Of a stretch of DNA of 59,473 nt, positions 11,502 through 21,334 are shown piece by piece. The stretch comes from Candidatus Woesearchaeota archaeon (GTDB lineage Archaea > Nanobdellota > Nanobdellia > Woesearchaeales > UBA525). The position numbers and the translations under genes are program-made. The notes under the pieces were generated by a model. It was not told the origin of the DNA. It ran no database searches and was given only the letters and a program-made list of their open reading frames with translations. Location of the stretch: contig JACWAN010000086.1 in the NCBI GenBank assembly GCA_014874255.1, forward strand, positions 1 through 59,473, given 5' to 3'. How positions within the stretch are numbered: the first letter of the stretch is position 1; every line of letters begins with the position of its first letter.

Positions 11502-12467
11502 ATGGCGATCGAGCGGAAATTCGTGGCGCAGAACCTGAAGGAATTCAGGATCAAGCAGTTCGTCGGCGAGCAGCTCAGCAGGGTCGGGCTCTCCGACATC
11601 AAGCTCCAGCGCACGCCGCTCGGCGACAAGATCCTCATCAAGGCGTCCCGTCCGGGACTGGTCGTCGGCCGCGCCGGCAGCAACATCCAGAAGCTCACGG
11701 AAGCGCTCAAGGAGGAGTTCAAGCTCGAGAATCCCCAGATCGAGATCGAGGAGGTCGCGAACCTGGGCCTGGACGCGAACATCATCGCGGAGATGATCGT
11801 CAACAGCATGGAGCGGTTCGGCAGCGCCCGGTTCAAGGGCGTCGGCCACCGCGCGATGGACGACGTCATGAACGCCGGCGCGCTCGGCGTCGAGATCCTC
11901 ATCAGCGGCAAGATCCCCAGCCAGCGCGCGAAGACGTGGCGCTTCTACAAGGGCTACCTGAAGAAGTGCGGCGACGTCGCGATCACCGGCGTCGACATCG
12001 CGTACAAGACCGCGATCCTCAAGTCGGGCGCGGTCGGCGTCAAGGTGAGCATCATGCCGCCGACGACGAAGCTGCCCGACCAGATTATCATCGCCTCCGA
12101 GCCGGAGGAGAAGGTCGACGAGGTCACCATGCACGCCGAGGCGAAGGAGCTCGAGGCCGCGGTCGCCGCCGTCGAGGCGAAGGCCGAGGCCGAGGACGCG
12201 AAGCCGAAGAAGCGGCCGGCCAAGGCGAAGATGGAAGGCGATGACGTCAAGGCCGGCGCGGAGAAGCCGAAGAAGGCCAAGAAGGCGGCGAAGAAGGACG
12301 ATCCCAAGGACGTCAAGGACGTTCCCAAGAACGTTCCTGAGGATGCCGCCGGGACGGAGACCGCGGACGCGGCCGAGACCCCTGGGGCCGTCGCGGACGA
12401 CGAGCCGACAGAGGCCGACGGCACGGACCAGCGTGAAGAGACTGGCGCGAAGAGACGCAAGGACTGA
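11502..12467 (+). CDS. rps3: 30S ribosomal protein uS3 with long charged C-terminal tail
   Basis: RPGLVVGRAG, GALGVEILISGKI. Confidence 0.96.
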   Translation: MAIERKFVAQNLKEFRIKQFVGEQLSRVGLSDIKLQRTPLGDKILIKASRPGLVVGRAGSNIQKLTEALKEEFKLENPQIEIEEVANLGLDANIIAEMIVNSMERFGSARFKGVGHRAMDDVMNAGALGVEILISGKIPSQRAKTWRFYKGYLKKCGDVAITGVDIAYKTAILKSGAVGVKVSIMPPTTKLPDQIIIASEPEEKVDEVTMHAEAKELEAAVAAVEAKAEAEDAKPKKRPAKAKMEGDDVKAGAEKPKKAKKAAKKDDPKDVKDVPKNVPEDAAGTETADAAETPGAVADDEPTEADGTDQREETGAKRRKD

Positions 12468-12472
12468 TACTC

Positions 12473-12676
12473 ATGAACAAGGCTTTCGGAGAGCTGAAGA
12501 AGAGGGGCGCGGCCGACCTCCAGAAGGAGATGGCCGCCGCGCAGCTCGAGCTCGTCAAGCAGAGCGCCCAGCTCGCCATGGGCGGCGCGGCCAAGGAGGC
12601 CGGCAAGATCAAGAACCTCAAGAAGAGGGTCGCGCGCATCAGCACCCTCCTCACCGAGAAGGGACGCGAACAGTAG
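12473..12676 (+). CDS. rpl29: 50S ribosomal protein uL29
   Basis: GKIKNLKKRVARISTLL; operon position. Confidence 0.9.
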   Translation: MNKAFGELKKRGAADLQKEMAAAQLELVKQSAQLAMGGAAKEAGKIKNLKKRVARISTLLTEKGREQ

Positions 12677-12757
12677 ATGCGGCAGATAGTGTGGATGCGA
12701 TAGACAGAGAACAGGAAAGAGAAGGAAAAAAGGAGAACCAAGGAGGATTACGCCGAG

Positions 12758-13096
12758 ATGAGCACGATATGCACGACCTGCGGGCTGCCCGAGGACCTCT
12801 GCGTCTGCGACCAGATCGCGCGCGAGAGCCAACGGATAACGGTCAGCGTCGAACGCAAGAAATTCGGGAAGGCATACACGGTCATCAGCGGCATCAACGA
12901 GCACGAAGTCGACATCAAGGACCTGGCGAAGAAGCTGAAGAACAAACTGGCCTGCGGCGGCACCGGCAAGGACGGCGTCATCGCGCTCCAGGGCGTCCAC
13001 CTCCGCAACGTCAAGGAGGAGCTGGTCGCGCTCGGCTTCAGCCCGGACACGATCGACGTCAAGCCCGACAACGGCCCCAGGGGATTCAGGAGATAA
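12758..13096 (+). CDS. Translation initiation factor aIF1 (SUI1 family)
   Basis: CTTCGLPEDLCVC, LAKKLKNKLACGGT, IALQG. Confidence 0.95.
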   Translation: MSTICTTCGLPEDLCVCDQIARESQRITVSVERKKFGKAYTVISGINEHEVDIKDLAKKLKNKLACGGTGKDGVIALQGVHLRNVKEELVALGFSPDTIDVKPDNGPRGFRR

Positions 13097-13103
13097 GGAG
13101 TGG

Positions 13104-13496
13104 ATGATCATGGCTGAGAAGGTCGAGAGAACGGAGAAGGCCGGGAAGAAGGCCGCGGCGCAGGAGGTGAAGGCCGTCACGGCGGGCGCGCCCCTCACCA
13201 CGCACGGCCGCACCTTCATCGGCACCGTCGTCAGCGACCGGATGGCGCGCACCGTCACCGTCGCCTGGGAGCGGAGGCACTACGTGCCGAAGTACCAGCG
13301 GTACGAGCGCCGCTACTCCAAGATCAAGGCGCACAACCCGGACGAGATCGACGCCAAGGTCGGCGACAAGGTCACCGTCATGGAGACCCGGCCGATCAGC
13401 AAGACCAAGCACTTCATCGTCATCAGGAAGCACGAGCCGCAGAACGGCGGCAAAGACGCGGCGAAGGCCGAGACGGCCGCCGAGAAGCAGGAATGA
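13104..13496 (+). CDS. rps17: 30S ribosomal protein uS17
   Basis: G.VVSDRM.RTVTV, KYQRYERR, METRPISKTKHF; start may be 13110. Confidence 0.95.
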   Translation: MIMAEKVERTEKAGKKAAAQEVKAVTAGAPLTTHGRTFIGTVVSDRMARTVTVAWERRHYVPKYQRYERRYSKIKAHNPDEIDAKVGDKVTVMETRPISKTKHFIVIRKHEPQNGGKDAAKAETAAEKQE

Positions 13497-13540
13497 GCCC
13501 GCAGCAAGACTGACAGACCGACCGGAACGAGTGGACGAAC

Positions 13541-13942
13541 ATGAAAGCGATCAAGGCGAACATGACGAGGGGCATCCCCGTGGGCGCGTACGTCACGACG
13601 TGCGACAACTCGGGCGCGAAGCTCCTCAAGGTCTTCACCGTCGTCGGGCTCAAGACCCGCAAGGGCCGCATGCCGGAAGCCGGCATCGGCGACCTTGTCA
13701 TGGCGAGCGTCAAGAAAGGCCGGCCGGACATGCGGAAGCAGGTCGTCTTCGCCATCATCGTGCGGCAGCGCCGGTCGTACCGGCGGCCGGACGGCACCCA
13801 CGTCAAGTTCGAGGACAATGCGGCCGTCGTGCTCAAGGACGACAAGGGCAACCCGAAGGGCACGATCTTCAAAGGGCCGCTCGCCAAGGAGGCCTGCGCC
13901 CGGTGGCCCGCGGTCGCCAAGGTCGCCAGCATCATACTGTAA
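13541..13942 (+). CDS. rpl14: 50S ribosomal protein uL14
   Basis: CDNSGAK, KFEDNAAV, PKGT.FKGP. Confidence 0.97.
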   Translation: MKAIKANMTRGIPVGAYVTTCDNSGAKLLKVFTVVGLKTRKGRMPEAGIGDLVMASVKKGRPDMRKQVVFAIIVRQRRSYRRPDGTHVKFEDNAAVVLKDDKGNPKGTIFKGPLAKEACARWPAVAKVASIIL

Positions 13943-14002
13943 GATACTGTAGAGCAGATCACTGTAGAGCCAATGGATACATGCCGTTCAAAGGTGTCAT
14001 GA

Positions 14003-14464
14003 ATGAGACAAGCGCACTCGACCAAGTGGAAAGCGAGCACCCAGCCGCGGAAGCAGCGCAAGTACGTCCATAACGCGCCGCTCCACCTCAAGGGCGTCCA
14101 GCTCCACATCCACCTCTCCAAGGAGCTGCGGCAGAAGTACGGCGTCCGCGCGCTCCGCGTCCGCGCCGGCGACACCGTCAAGGTGCTCCGCGGCACGCAC
14201 AAGGGCAAGGAGGGCAAGGTGGAGACCGTCGACGTCAAGAACGCGCGCATCCACGTCGCGAAGATTGAGACGCAGAAGCTCCAGGGCGGCAGCGCCAAGT
14301 ACCCGCTCCGGCCGAGCAACTGCCTCCTCACGGCCCTCGCGACGGACCGGCGCCGGCTGAAGCACACGCCTGCGCAGGCGGCGGCGAAGCCGGCGCAGAA
14401 GCCCGCTCCGAGGGCGTCCGTGGCCGGGCAGAAGCCGGCGGCCGCCGCGCCGAAGAAGGAATAG
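14003..14464 (+). CDS. rpl24: 50S ribosomal protein uL24
   Basis: QPRKQRK...APLH, LSKELRQKYG, KOW motif GDTVKVLRG. Confidence 0.95.
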   Translation: MRQAHSTKWKASTQPRKQRKYVHNAPLHLKGVQLHIHLSKELRQKYGVRALRVRAGDTVKVLRGTHKGKEGKVETVDVKNARIHVAKIETQKLQGGSAKYPLRPSNCLLTALATDRRRLKHTPAQAAAKPAQKPAPRASVAGQKPAAAAPKKE

Positions 14465-14489
14465 ACACGATCACGAAAGGCGAATCCAC

Positions 14490-15182
14490 ATGGTAAAGAA
14501 CCACCTGAAACGCATCACCGCGCCCAAGACCTGGCCGATCCCGAAGCGGGAGACGGTCTTCATCGTCAGGCCGCAGACCGGCGCGCACAGCATGGCGACC
14601 GGCATGCCGATCTCCATCCTCCTCAAGGACGTCCTCGGCCTCGCGCGGATCACGCGCGGCGTCCGCTTCCTGCTCAACACACAAGAAGTGCTGGTCAACG
14701 GCAAGCGCGTCAAGCGGCCGGAGACGATGATCGGCCTCATGGACGTCGTCGCGTTCCCCGCGCTCAAGGCGAGCTACCGCATCCTCATCGACAAGCGGAA
14801 CACGCTGCACGCGGTGCCAATCGCGGGCGAGGAGGCGACGCTCGTCCCTCTCAAGGTCGTGACGAAGACCCTGCTGCCCGGCGGCAGGCTCCAGCTCGGG
14901 CTGCACAACGGCTGGACCATCATCGTGCCCAAGGGTGCGGAGAAGGTCGGCTCCACCGTCCTCGCGACGTTCGACAAGAAGGTCAAGCACCATTACCCGC
15001 TCGCGGAGGGCGCGTTCGTCCTCGTCACCGGCGGCAGGCACGTCGGCACGACCGGCACGCTCGCCGCGCTCACGGACGCCAAGGCCGCGGTCAAGGCGGC
15101 CGAGGGCGAGATTGAGACCATCACGAAGCACCTCTTCGTGCTCGGCGCCCAGAAACCGGCCATCAAGCTTGCGAGAGAGTGA
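14490..15182 (+). CDS. rps4e: 30S ribosomal protein eS4
   Basis: HLKRITAPKTWPI.RK, IGLMDVV, TGGRHVG. Confidence 0.95.
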   Translation: MVKNHLKRITAPKTWPIPKRETVFIVRPQTGAHSMATGMPISILLKDVLGLARITRGVRFLLNTQEVLVNGKRVKRPETMIGLMDVVAFPALKASYRILIDKRNTLHAVPIAGEEATLVPLKVVTKTLLPGGRLQLGLHNGWTIIVPKGAEKVGSTVLATFDKKVKHHYPLAEGAFVLVTGGRHVGTTGTLAALTDAKAAVKAAEGEIETITKHLFVLGAQKPAIKLARE

Positions 15183-15207
15183 GATGGCGACACAGAAGCT
15201 GATACTC

Positions 15208-15720
15208 ATGAATCCCATGCGTCAGATCCGGATCGAGAAGCTCACCCTGAATATCGGGGCGGGCAAGGACCAGGCGATCCTCGCCAAGGGCGAGAAGCTC
15301 ATCGAGCAGCTCGCGGGCATCAGGCCGGTCAAGACGAAGACGCAGAAGAGGATCCCTGCATGGGGCCTCAGGCCGGGGCTGCCCATCGGGCTGAAGCTCA
15401 CGATCAGGGGCGAGGCGGCCGAGAAGCTCATCCCGCGCCTGCTCGCCGCGAAGTCCAACAAGCTCAAGCCGAGCAACCTCGACGAAGCCGGCAATGTCAG
15501 CTTCGGCATCCCCGAGTACATCGACATCGAGGGCGCGAAGTACGACCCCGAGATCGGGATCATCGGCCTCCAGGCCTGCATCACGCTCGAGCGGCCGGGC
15601 TACCGGACCAAGCGCAGGCGCGTCCGGCCGGCGAAGCCGGGCCAGCAGCACGTCATCGCCCCGGAAGAGGCGATCGCCTTCATGGGTGAGCGCTTCAAGA
15701 CGCGGTTCGAGGAGGAGTAA
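15208..15720 (+). CDS. rpl5: 50S ribosomal protein uL5
   Basis: MNPMRQIRIEKLTLNIG, GNVSFGIPEYIDI; start at ATG 15208 (or 15184). Confidence 0.96.
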   Translation: MNPMRQIRIEKLTLNIGAGKDQAILAKGEKLIEQLAGIRPVKTKTQKRIPAWGLRPGLPIGLKLTIRGEAAEKLIPRLLAAKSNKLKPSNLDEAGNVSFGIPEYIDIEGAKYDPEIGIIGLQACITLERPGYRTKRRRVRPAKPGQQHVIAPEEAIAFMGERFKTRFEEE

Positions 15721-15722
15721 GG

Positions 15723-15953
15723 ATGACCACCACCAATCACACCAAGGTCCTCAAGCAGATCGGGAAGAAGCCCGGCAAGTACGCGAAGTACCTCAAGAAC
15801 AACCTGCCGAAGGAGCGCGCGTACGGCGCCGCCACGAAGAAGTGCCAGCACTGCGGCAATCCGCACGCCCACGTGGGCAAGTACGGCATCAACCTGTGCC
15901 GCAAGTGCTTCCGCGACTACGCGCTCGAGCTCGGCTTCAAGCAGTACAGCTGA
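15723..15953 (+). CDS. rps14: 30S ribosomal protein uS14 (Zn-binding, N-terminally extended)
   Basis: CQHC...LCRKCFRDYA..LGFKQY. Confidence 0.93.
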   Translation: MTTTNHTKVLKQIGKKPGKYAKYLKNNLPKERAYGAATKKCQHCGNPHAHVGKYGINLCRKCFRDYALELGFKQYS

Positions 15954-15994
15954 AGGAACCCTGAAGGAACGCAAGACGAAAAGGAGAATGCATC

Positions 15995-16387
15995 ATGACG
16001 CTCAACGACCCACTCGCGAACGTGCTCAGCGCGATCCAGAACGCGGAGCGGCGCGGCAAGAAGGAGATCGTGACGAAGAACAGCTCCGTCCTGATCAGGA
16101 AGGTGCTCGACATCATGGCCGCGGCCGGCTACCTCGAGGGCTACGAGGTCGCGCAGGACGCGAAGGGCGACCTCCTCACCGTGAAGCTCAACGGCCGCAT
16201 CAACCAGGTGGGGGTCATCAAGCCGCGCTACCAGATTAAGAAGGCGGAGTTCGAGCGCTTCGAGAAGCGCTTCCTCCCGGCGCGCGGCTTCGGCATCATC
16301 ATCGTCAGCACCAGCAAGGGGCTGCTCACGCACGAGCAGGTGAAGGAACTCGCCCTCGGCGGCACCCTGATCAGCTACTGCTACTAG
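15995..16387 (+). CDS. rps8: 30S ribosomal protein uS8
   Basis: DPLANVLSAIQNAE, IVSTSKGLLTH. Confidence 0.97.
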   Translation: MTLNDPLANVLSAIQNAERRGKKEIVTKNSSVLIRKVLDIMAAAGYLEGYEVAQDAKGDLLTVKLNGRINQVGVIKPRYQIKKAEFERFEKRFLPARGFGIIIVSTSKGLLTHEQVKELALGGTLISYCY

Positions 16388-16423
16388 AAAACCAACCACC
16401 AACCACCAGAAGAGTTGACCATC

Positions 16424-16978
16424 ATGAGAATCGAGAAGCTCACGGAGACCATCATCCTCCCGTCCGGGGTCACGGCCAGCTACGATGCCGTGACGAAGCG
16501 GTTCGCGGTGACCGGTCCCAAGGGAGAGATCGCGAAGGCCTTCTTCGACCCGAAGATCGCGATCATCATCGCAGACGGCAAGATCACGTTCACGTCCAAG
16601 CAGGCGACCCTGCAGCAGAAGAAGCGGCTCTACACCTTCCGGGCGCACGCCAAGAACATGGTGAAGGGCGTCAGCGAAGGGTTCACGTACCGGCTCAAGG
16701 TGTGCAGCGGCCACTTCCCGATGAGCGTCGGCGTCAAGGGACGCACGTTCGAGATCAAGAACTTCATCGGCGAGAAGGTGCCCCGCACGCTCGCGCTCAA
16801 GGAGGGCGCGGACGTCAAGGTCGAGGGCGAGACCGTCACCGTCACCGGCGCGGACAAGGAGATCGTCGGCCAGGTCGCCGCGGACATCGAGCAGCTCAGC
16901 CGCCGGCCGGGCTTCGACACCCGCATCTTCCAGGACGGCATCTTCATCGTCGAGAAGGGCGACAAGAAGCTCGTCTGA
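16424..16978 (+). CDS. rpl6: 50S ribosomal protein uL6
   Basis: GPKGE, HFPMSV, NFIGEK, DTRIFQDGIFIVEK. Confidence 0.96.
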   Translation: MRIEKLTETIILPSGVTASYDAVTKRFAVTGPKGEIAKAFFDPKIAIIIADGKITFTSKQATLQQKKRLYTFRAHAKNMVKGVSEGFTYRLKVCSGHFPMSVGVKGRTFEIKNFIGEKVPRTLALKEGADVKVEGETVTVTGADKEIVGQVAADIEQLSRRPGFDTRIFQDGIFIVEKGDKKLV

Positions 16979-17027
16979 ACGCACAAGAAGGCAGACAAGA
17001 ACGCATAGCGATCAAGGATTGATACTC

Positions 17028-17642
17028 ATGGACAAGAAACAGGCCCTCGAGCACCGACGCGTCCGCAAGGCGAAGAAGCCCGTCTTCCACCGCCAGGACT
17101 CGCACAAGAAGGCGAAGCTCAGCCCCTCGTGGCGCAAGCCGCGCGGCTACCAGAGCAAGATGCGCCTCAACAAGCGCGGCTACAGCCGCACGATCTCCCA
17201 GGGCTACGGCAGCCCGACGGCGGTCGAAGGCCTCCACAAGAGCGGCCTCCTCCCCGTGCCGGTGAGCACGGCCGCGCAGCTCGACGCGCTCGACGCGAAG
17301 ACGCAGGGCGCCGTCCTCGCTGCCGGCCTCGGCGCGAAGCGGCGCGAGCAGCTCCTCGAGTACGCGGCGAAGAAGTCCGTCACGGTCCTCAACCTCGACA
17401 GCGCGGCGCTCGTCCGCATCAAGGAGCGGTTCGCCGCGCAGAAGAAGGCGCGCACGGAGAAGCGCACCTCGAAGGCGAAGAAGGCGGAGAAGAAGACCCT
17501 CGAGCAGAAGGCGAAGGCCGAGCAGGCCAAGACCGCGAAGGCGGCCGAGCCGACGGACGCGACCGCTCCCGAACCCTCCGAGGAGGAGAAGGAGAAGGCG
17601 TTCGAGGACGAGAAGCAGAAGGTCCTCACCAAGAAGATGTGA
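17028..17642 (+). CDS. rpl32e: 50S ribosomal protein eL32 with C-terminal extension
   Basis: KPVFHRQD, WRKPRG.QSKMR, GYGSP. Confidence 0.93.
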   Translation: MDKKQALEHRRVRKAKKPVFHRQDSHKKAKLSPSWRKPRGYQSKMRLNKRGYSRTISQGYGSPTAVEGLHKSGLLPVPVSTAAQLDALDAKTQGAVLAAGLGAKRREQLLEYAAKKSVTVLNLDSAALVRIKERFAAQKKARTEKRTSKAKKAEKKTLEQKAKAEQAKTAKAAEPTDATAPEPSEEEKEKAFEDEKQKVLTKKM

Positions 17643-17678
17643 GCAGGTATCCGTATCAGAGAATATCCAGGTGTTCCC

Positions 17679-18293
17679 ATGAAGCTCGATGCACAACGAC
17701 GGGTGGCCGCCAGCCTGCTCGGCTGCGGGCCGCAGCGCGTCCGGTTCGACCCCGCGCGCCTCCACGACATCAAGGAGGCGATCACCAAGTCCGACATGCG
17801 CCTCCTGATCAGCGACGGCATCGTCACCGCGCATCCCGTCAAGGGCGTCAGCAGGGCGCGTGCCCGGAAGACGCGCGCGCAGAAGCGCAAGGGCCTCCAG
17901 CGCGGCGAAGGCAGCCGGAAAGGGACCGCGAACGCGGCGAACGACTCCAAGCGCGCCTGGATGACGAAGATCCGGGGGCAGCGCGCATTCCTCCTCGAGC
18001 TCAAGGAGAAGGGGCTCGTCAGCCTGAAGTCCTACCGCGAGCTCTACCTCAAGAGCAAGGGCGGCTTCTTCAGGAGCAAGCGCCACATCAAGCTCTTCAT
18101 CGACGACAGGCGTCTCTGGCAGGCGAAGGACGGCGCGAAGCGCGGCGACGCGGCGGCCGCCGACGCGACCAAGGCGGCGACCAAGGCGGCGAAGCCCGCC
18201 AAGGCCTCTGCGGCGAAGCAGTCCAAGGGGCCGAAGGAGTCCAAGACCGCCGCGAAGACGACGGCGGCGAAGCCGCACAGGAAGACCGAGTGA
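17679..18293 (+). CDS. rpl19e: 50S ribosomal protein eL19 with AK-rich tail
   Basis: QRRVAA.LLGCG, AITKSDMR.LI, GSRKG, YRELYLKSKGG.F. Confidence 0.95.
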   Translation: MKLDAQRRVAASLLGCGPQRVRFDPARLHDIKEAITKSDMRLLISDGIVTAHPVKGVSRARARKTRAQKRKGLQRGEGSRKGTANAANDSKRAWMTKIRGQRAFLLELKEKGLVSLKSYRELYLKSKGGFFRSKRHIKLFIDDRRLWQAKDGAKRGDAAAADATKAATKAAKPAKASAAKQSKGPKESKTAAKTTAAKPHRKTE

Positions 18294-18330
18294 GCAAAAC
18301 GCGAGCAAAACAAGACAAGGTTGATGTTCC

Positions 18331-19032
18331 ATGACAGAAGCGAAACACGTGCTCCCGTTCCGGCGGAAGCGTGAAGGCAGGACGAACTACAAGAAGCGCC
18401 TCGCGCTCCTCAAGTCAGGCAGGCCCCGCCTCGTCGTGCGCAAGTCGAACAGGCACGTCGTCCTCCAGCTCGTTGCGTACGAGCCGGCCGGTGACAGGGT
18501 GCTCGCGACCGTCTCCTCGAAGCAGCTGCTCAAGCACGGCTGGACGCATAGCACCAAGTCGACGCCGGCAGCGTACCTGACCGGCTTCCTCCTCGCCAAG
18601 CGCGCGAAGGAGCTGGAAGTCACGGAGGCGATCGTCGACCTCGGGTTCCAGAAGCACCGCGCCGGCACCGCGATCTACGCGGCGGTGAAGGGCGCGATTG
18701 ACGCAGGCCTCTCCATCCCGGTCGGCGAGGAGATCTTCCCCGCCGGCGACCGGATCAACGGCGCGCACCTCACCAGCGCGAAGCCGGCGGACGTGGCGGC
18801 GCTCGCCGCGAAGCTCGGCGCGACGCTCCCGCCTCCGACTCCCGCTCCCAAGAAGGAGAAGCCGCAGAAGCAGGAGCCCGGCCAGAAGGGCGGTCCGGCC
18901 AGGAAGGCCGAGAAGCCGCAGTCCGCGCCGGCCAAGCCCGAGGGGAAGCAGTCCGCGGGGAAGGACGGCGAGAAGAAGGCCGGAAAAGGCGGCGAGAAGA
19001 AGGCCGGGAAGAAGGGAGATGATGCTCAATGA
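18331..19032 (+). CDS. rpl18: 50S ribosomal protein uL18 with tail
   Basis: RRKREGRTNYKKRL.LLKS, PAAYLTG, KGAIDAGL. Confidence 0.96.
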   Translation: MTEAKHVLPFRRKREGRTNYKKRLALLKSGRPRLVVRKSNRHVVLQLVAYEPAGDRVLATVSSKQLLKHGWTHSTKSTPAAYLTGFLLAKRAKELEVTEAIVDLGFQKHRAGTAIYAAVKGAIDAGLSIPVGEEIFPAGDRINGAHLTSAKPADVAALAAKLGATLPPPTPAPKKEKPQKQEPGQKGGPARKAEKPQSAPAKPEGKQSAGKDGEKKAGKGGEKKAGKKGDDAQ

Positions 19033-19892
19033 GGGAACGACCGAGACGAGAGGATGACGCGCCGAACCTCGACGCGTGGCAGCCGAAGACCGAGCTCGGC
19101 CGGATGGTGAAGAACAAGGAGATTGCCTCGATCGACGAGATTCTCGACGGCGGCCGCGCGATCCTCGAGCCTGAGATCGTCGACTCGCTCCTCGCGCTCG
19201 AGAACGACCTGCTCCTCATCGGCCAGGCGAAAGGCAAGTTCGGCGGCGGCCAGCGCCGCATCTTCCGCCAGACGCAGAAGAAGACGATGGAGGGGAACAA
19301 GCCCAAGTTCACCGCGATGGCGGTGGTGGGCGACCGGAACGGTCACGTCGGCATCGGCCTGGGCAGCGCGAAGGAGACGCTGCCCGCCCGCGAGAAGGCC
19401 GTCCGGAAGGCGAAGCTCAACCTCTTCCGCATCCGGCGGGGCACCGGTTCCTGGGAGGACGCCTCGAGCGAGCCGCACTCCATCCCGTTCGCGGTCGAGG
19501 GCAAGACGGGCAGCGTCATCGTCCGGCTGCTCCCTGCGCCGAAGGGCAAGGGCCTCGTCGTAGAGAAGCAGGCGGCCAAGGTCCTCGAGCTCGCAGGCAT
19601 CAGGAACGTCTGGTCCAAGACGTACGGCCAGACCAAGAACAAGATTAACTTCATCAAGGCGCTCGAGCAGGCGCTCCGGAAGCTCAGCACGACGAAGGTG
19701 CTGCCACAGCACATGGAGCGGCTCGCCATCCTCGACGGCGGCGCCCACCGCAGCGACGAGGAGATCGCCGCAGCCAAGGAGGCCGCGGCGGCCCGCGCCG
19801 AGCAGCAGCAGGGCCCGAAGAAGCGCGGACGCGGCGCCAAGCCGGGCGCGAAGGGCGGCCGCCGCCCCGTGACGCGGCAATCCAAGAGATGA
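19029..19892 (+). CDS. rps5: 30S ribosomal protein uS5
   Basis: W.PKTELGRMVK, VVGDRNGHVGIG, PAPKGKGLV. Confidence 0.96.
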   Translation: MRERPRREDDAPNLDAWQPKTELGRMVKNKEIASIDEILDGGRAILEPEIVDSLLALENDLLLIGQAKGKFGGGQRRIFRQTQKKTMEGNKPKFTAMAVVGDRNGHVGIGLGSAKETLPAREKAVRKAKLNLFRIRRGTGSWEDASSEPHSIPFAVEGKTGSVIVRLLPAPKGKGLVVEKQAAKVLELAGIRNVWSKTYGQTKNKINFIKALEQALRKLSTTKVLPQHMERLAILDGGAHRSDEEIAAAKEAAAARAEQQQGPKKRGRGAKPGAKGGRRPVTRQSKR

Positions 19893-20344
19893 ACACCATG
19901 ACCGAACAGCAGACGACGGAGAAGGTCCCGAAGGCCGAGAAGCCGCAGCAGAAGCCCGCCAAGGCGGCCGGCGGCGGCCTGCTCGCGGCGCTCATGGTCC
20001 GCGGCGAGATCGGCATCAGGGCGGAGATCCTCCAGGCGCTCGGCTCGCTCCGGCTCCGGAACAAGCACGTCTGCGTCGTCCTCCCGGACACGCGGGAGAC
20101 GCGCGGCCAGCTCCGCAAGTGCAAGGACTACATCGCCTACGGCACGATTACCGCGGAGACGAAGCGGCTGCTCGACGAGAAGCGCGGCGTGAAGGACGCC
20201 TCCGGGAAGCTGAAGCCGTTCTACCGGCTCCACCCGCCCCGCGGCGGCTTCGAGCGCAAGGGCATCAAGAAGTCCTTCGCGGAAGGAGGGGCTCTGGGCG
20301 ACCGCGGCGCGAAGATGGACGCCCTCGTCCTCCGCATGCTCTGA
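19889..20344 (+). CDS. rpl30: 50S ribosomal protein uL30
   Basis: LRLRNKHVCV, DYIAYG, RLHPPRGGF. Confidence 0.93.
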   Translation: MNTMTEQQTTEKVPKAEKPQQKPAKAAGGGLLAALMVRGEIGIRAEILQALGSLRLRNKHVCVVLPDTRETRGQLRKCKDYIAYGTITAETKRLLDEKRGVKDASGKLKPFYRLHPPRGGFERKGIKKSFAEGGALGDRGAKMDALVLRML

Positions 20345-20375
20345 GTAGCAGCACATTCAACAGGTTTCATCACGA

Positions 20376-20501
20376 GTGCCGCCACCGTCCTTACGGGCGA
20401 GCGTGGCGAAAAAGACAGTGGAGGACGAGTAGGGGGTTGCCCCATCCGGGGACGAGTCCCTTCGGCGTCCACAGCTGTACGCGAGCAGGACGCGGCGGCA
20501 C
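20376..20501. repeat. TIR-less copy of the family B hairpin core inside the ribosomal operon
   Basis: GTGCCGCC/GGCGGCAC outer stem; GGGCGAGCGTGGCGAA and GGGGGTTGCCCC..GGGG shared with family B copies. Confidence 0.6.
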
Positions 20502-20519
20502 GAGAAAGGTGAAGATCAC

Positions 20520-21008
20520 ATGGCAAGCATCAAGCGACGGAAGAAGAACACCCGGCAGCGGGCCGGCACGACCCACGGCTGGGGCGCGATGAAGAAGCAC
20601 CGGGGAGCCGGTCATCGCGGCGGCCGCGGCAACGCGGGCAGCGGCAAGAGGGGCGACGCGAAGAAGCCCTCCTACTGGAAGGACATGGACCGGTACGGCA
20701 AGCACGGCTTCACCTCGAAATCCGTCGTCGAAAACCGGCCGATCAACGTCGGCCACGTCGCGAGCACCGTCGACCGGCTGGTGCGCGAGGGCAAGGCCGC
20801 GAAGGGGAAGGCGTTCCGCGTCGACCTCAACGCCCTAGGATACGACCTGCTGCTCGGCACGGGCATCGTCAACGTCCCTCTCGACCTCACCGTCGGACGC
20901 GCGACCGCGAAGGCCGTCGAGAAGATCGAGAAGGCCGGCGGCATGGTCACCCAGACAACTCCGAAGACGGTGAAGGCCGGCAAGGCCGCGTCAGACTCGG
21001 ACGAGTAA
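20520..21008 (+). CDS. rpl15: 50S ribosomal protein uL15
   Basis: THGWG..KKHRGAG.RGGRGNAG, GKHGF, KIEKAGG. Confidence 0.96.
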   Translation: MASIKRRKKNTRQRAGTTHGWGAMKKHRGAGHRGGRGNAGSGKRGDAKKPSYWKDMDRYGKHGFTSKSVVENRPINVGHVASTVDRLVREGKAAKGKAFRVDLNALGYDLLLGTGIVNVPLDLTVGRATAKAVEKIEKAGGMVTQTTPKTVKAGKAASDSDE

Positions 21009-21010
21009 AA

Positions 21011-21100
21011 CCTTTCCCCATCATTCTTCTTCAATTTTCTTCCGTTCTTTTTTGTTCTTCATTTGTTCTTCATTATTACGTTTTATTAATTTATTATTAC
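21011..21100 (+). terminator. T-rich terminator region after rpl15
   Basis: Long pyrimidine/T-rich tract after the stop; secY has its own TATA (TTTTATAAA 21262-21270). Confidence 0.5.
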
Positions 21101-21334
21101 GTTGAGTATTGCGTCGAATATCCGTTCTGCTCCGAAGGGAATATTGCCTCGGATCGTGTGTCGGACGCGAGGATCAGGAGCCGCAGCGACTGAAAATAAG
21201 TTCTCCGTGACATTCCCCAATACGTTTTTTAAGGTCTCTTTCCCTGTTTTCCAGCCAAAGCTTTTATAAATCCCGGGTCGACCCTCCAGGAGCATATCCG
21301 GTGAGAGAAAACAGTAGTTGACGGGGGAAAAGAA

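Noticed and set aside
12465..17030. TGATACTCATG repeated before rpl29, rpl5 and rpl32e
   Set aside because: Best explained as an ordinary Shine-Dalgarno-like (GGTGAT-type) start context
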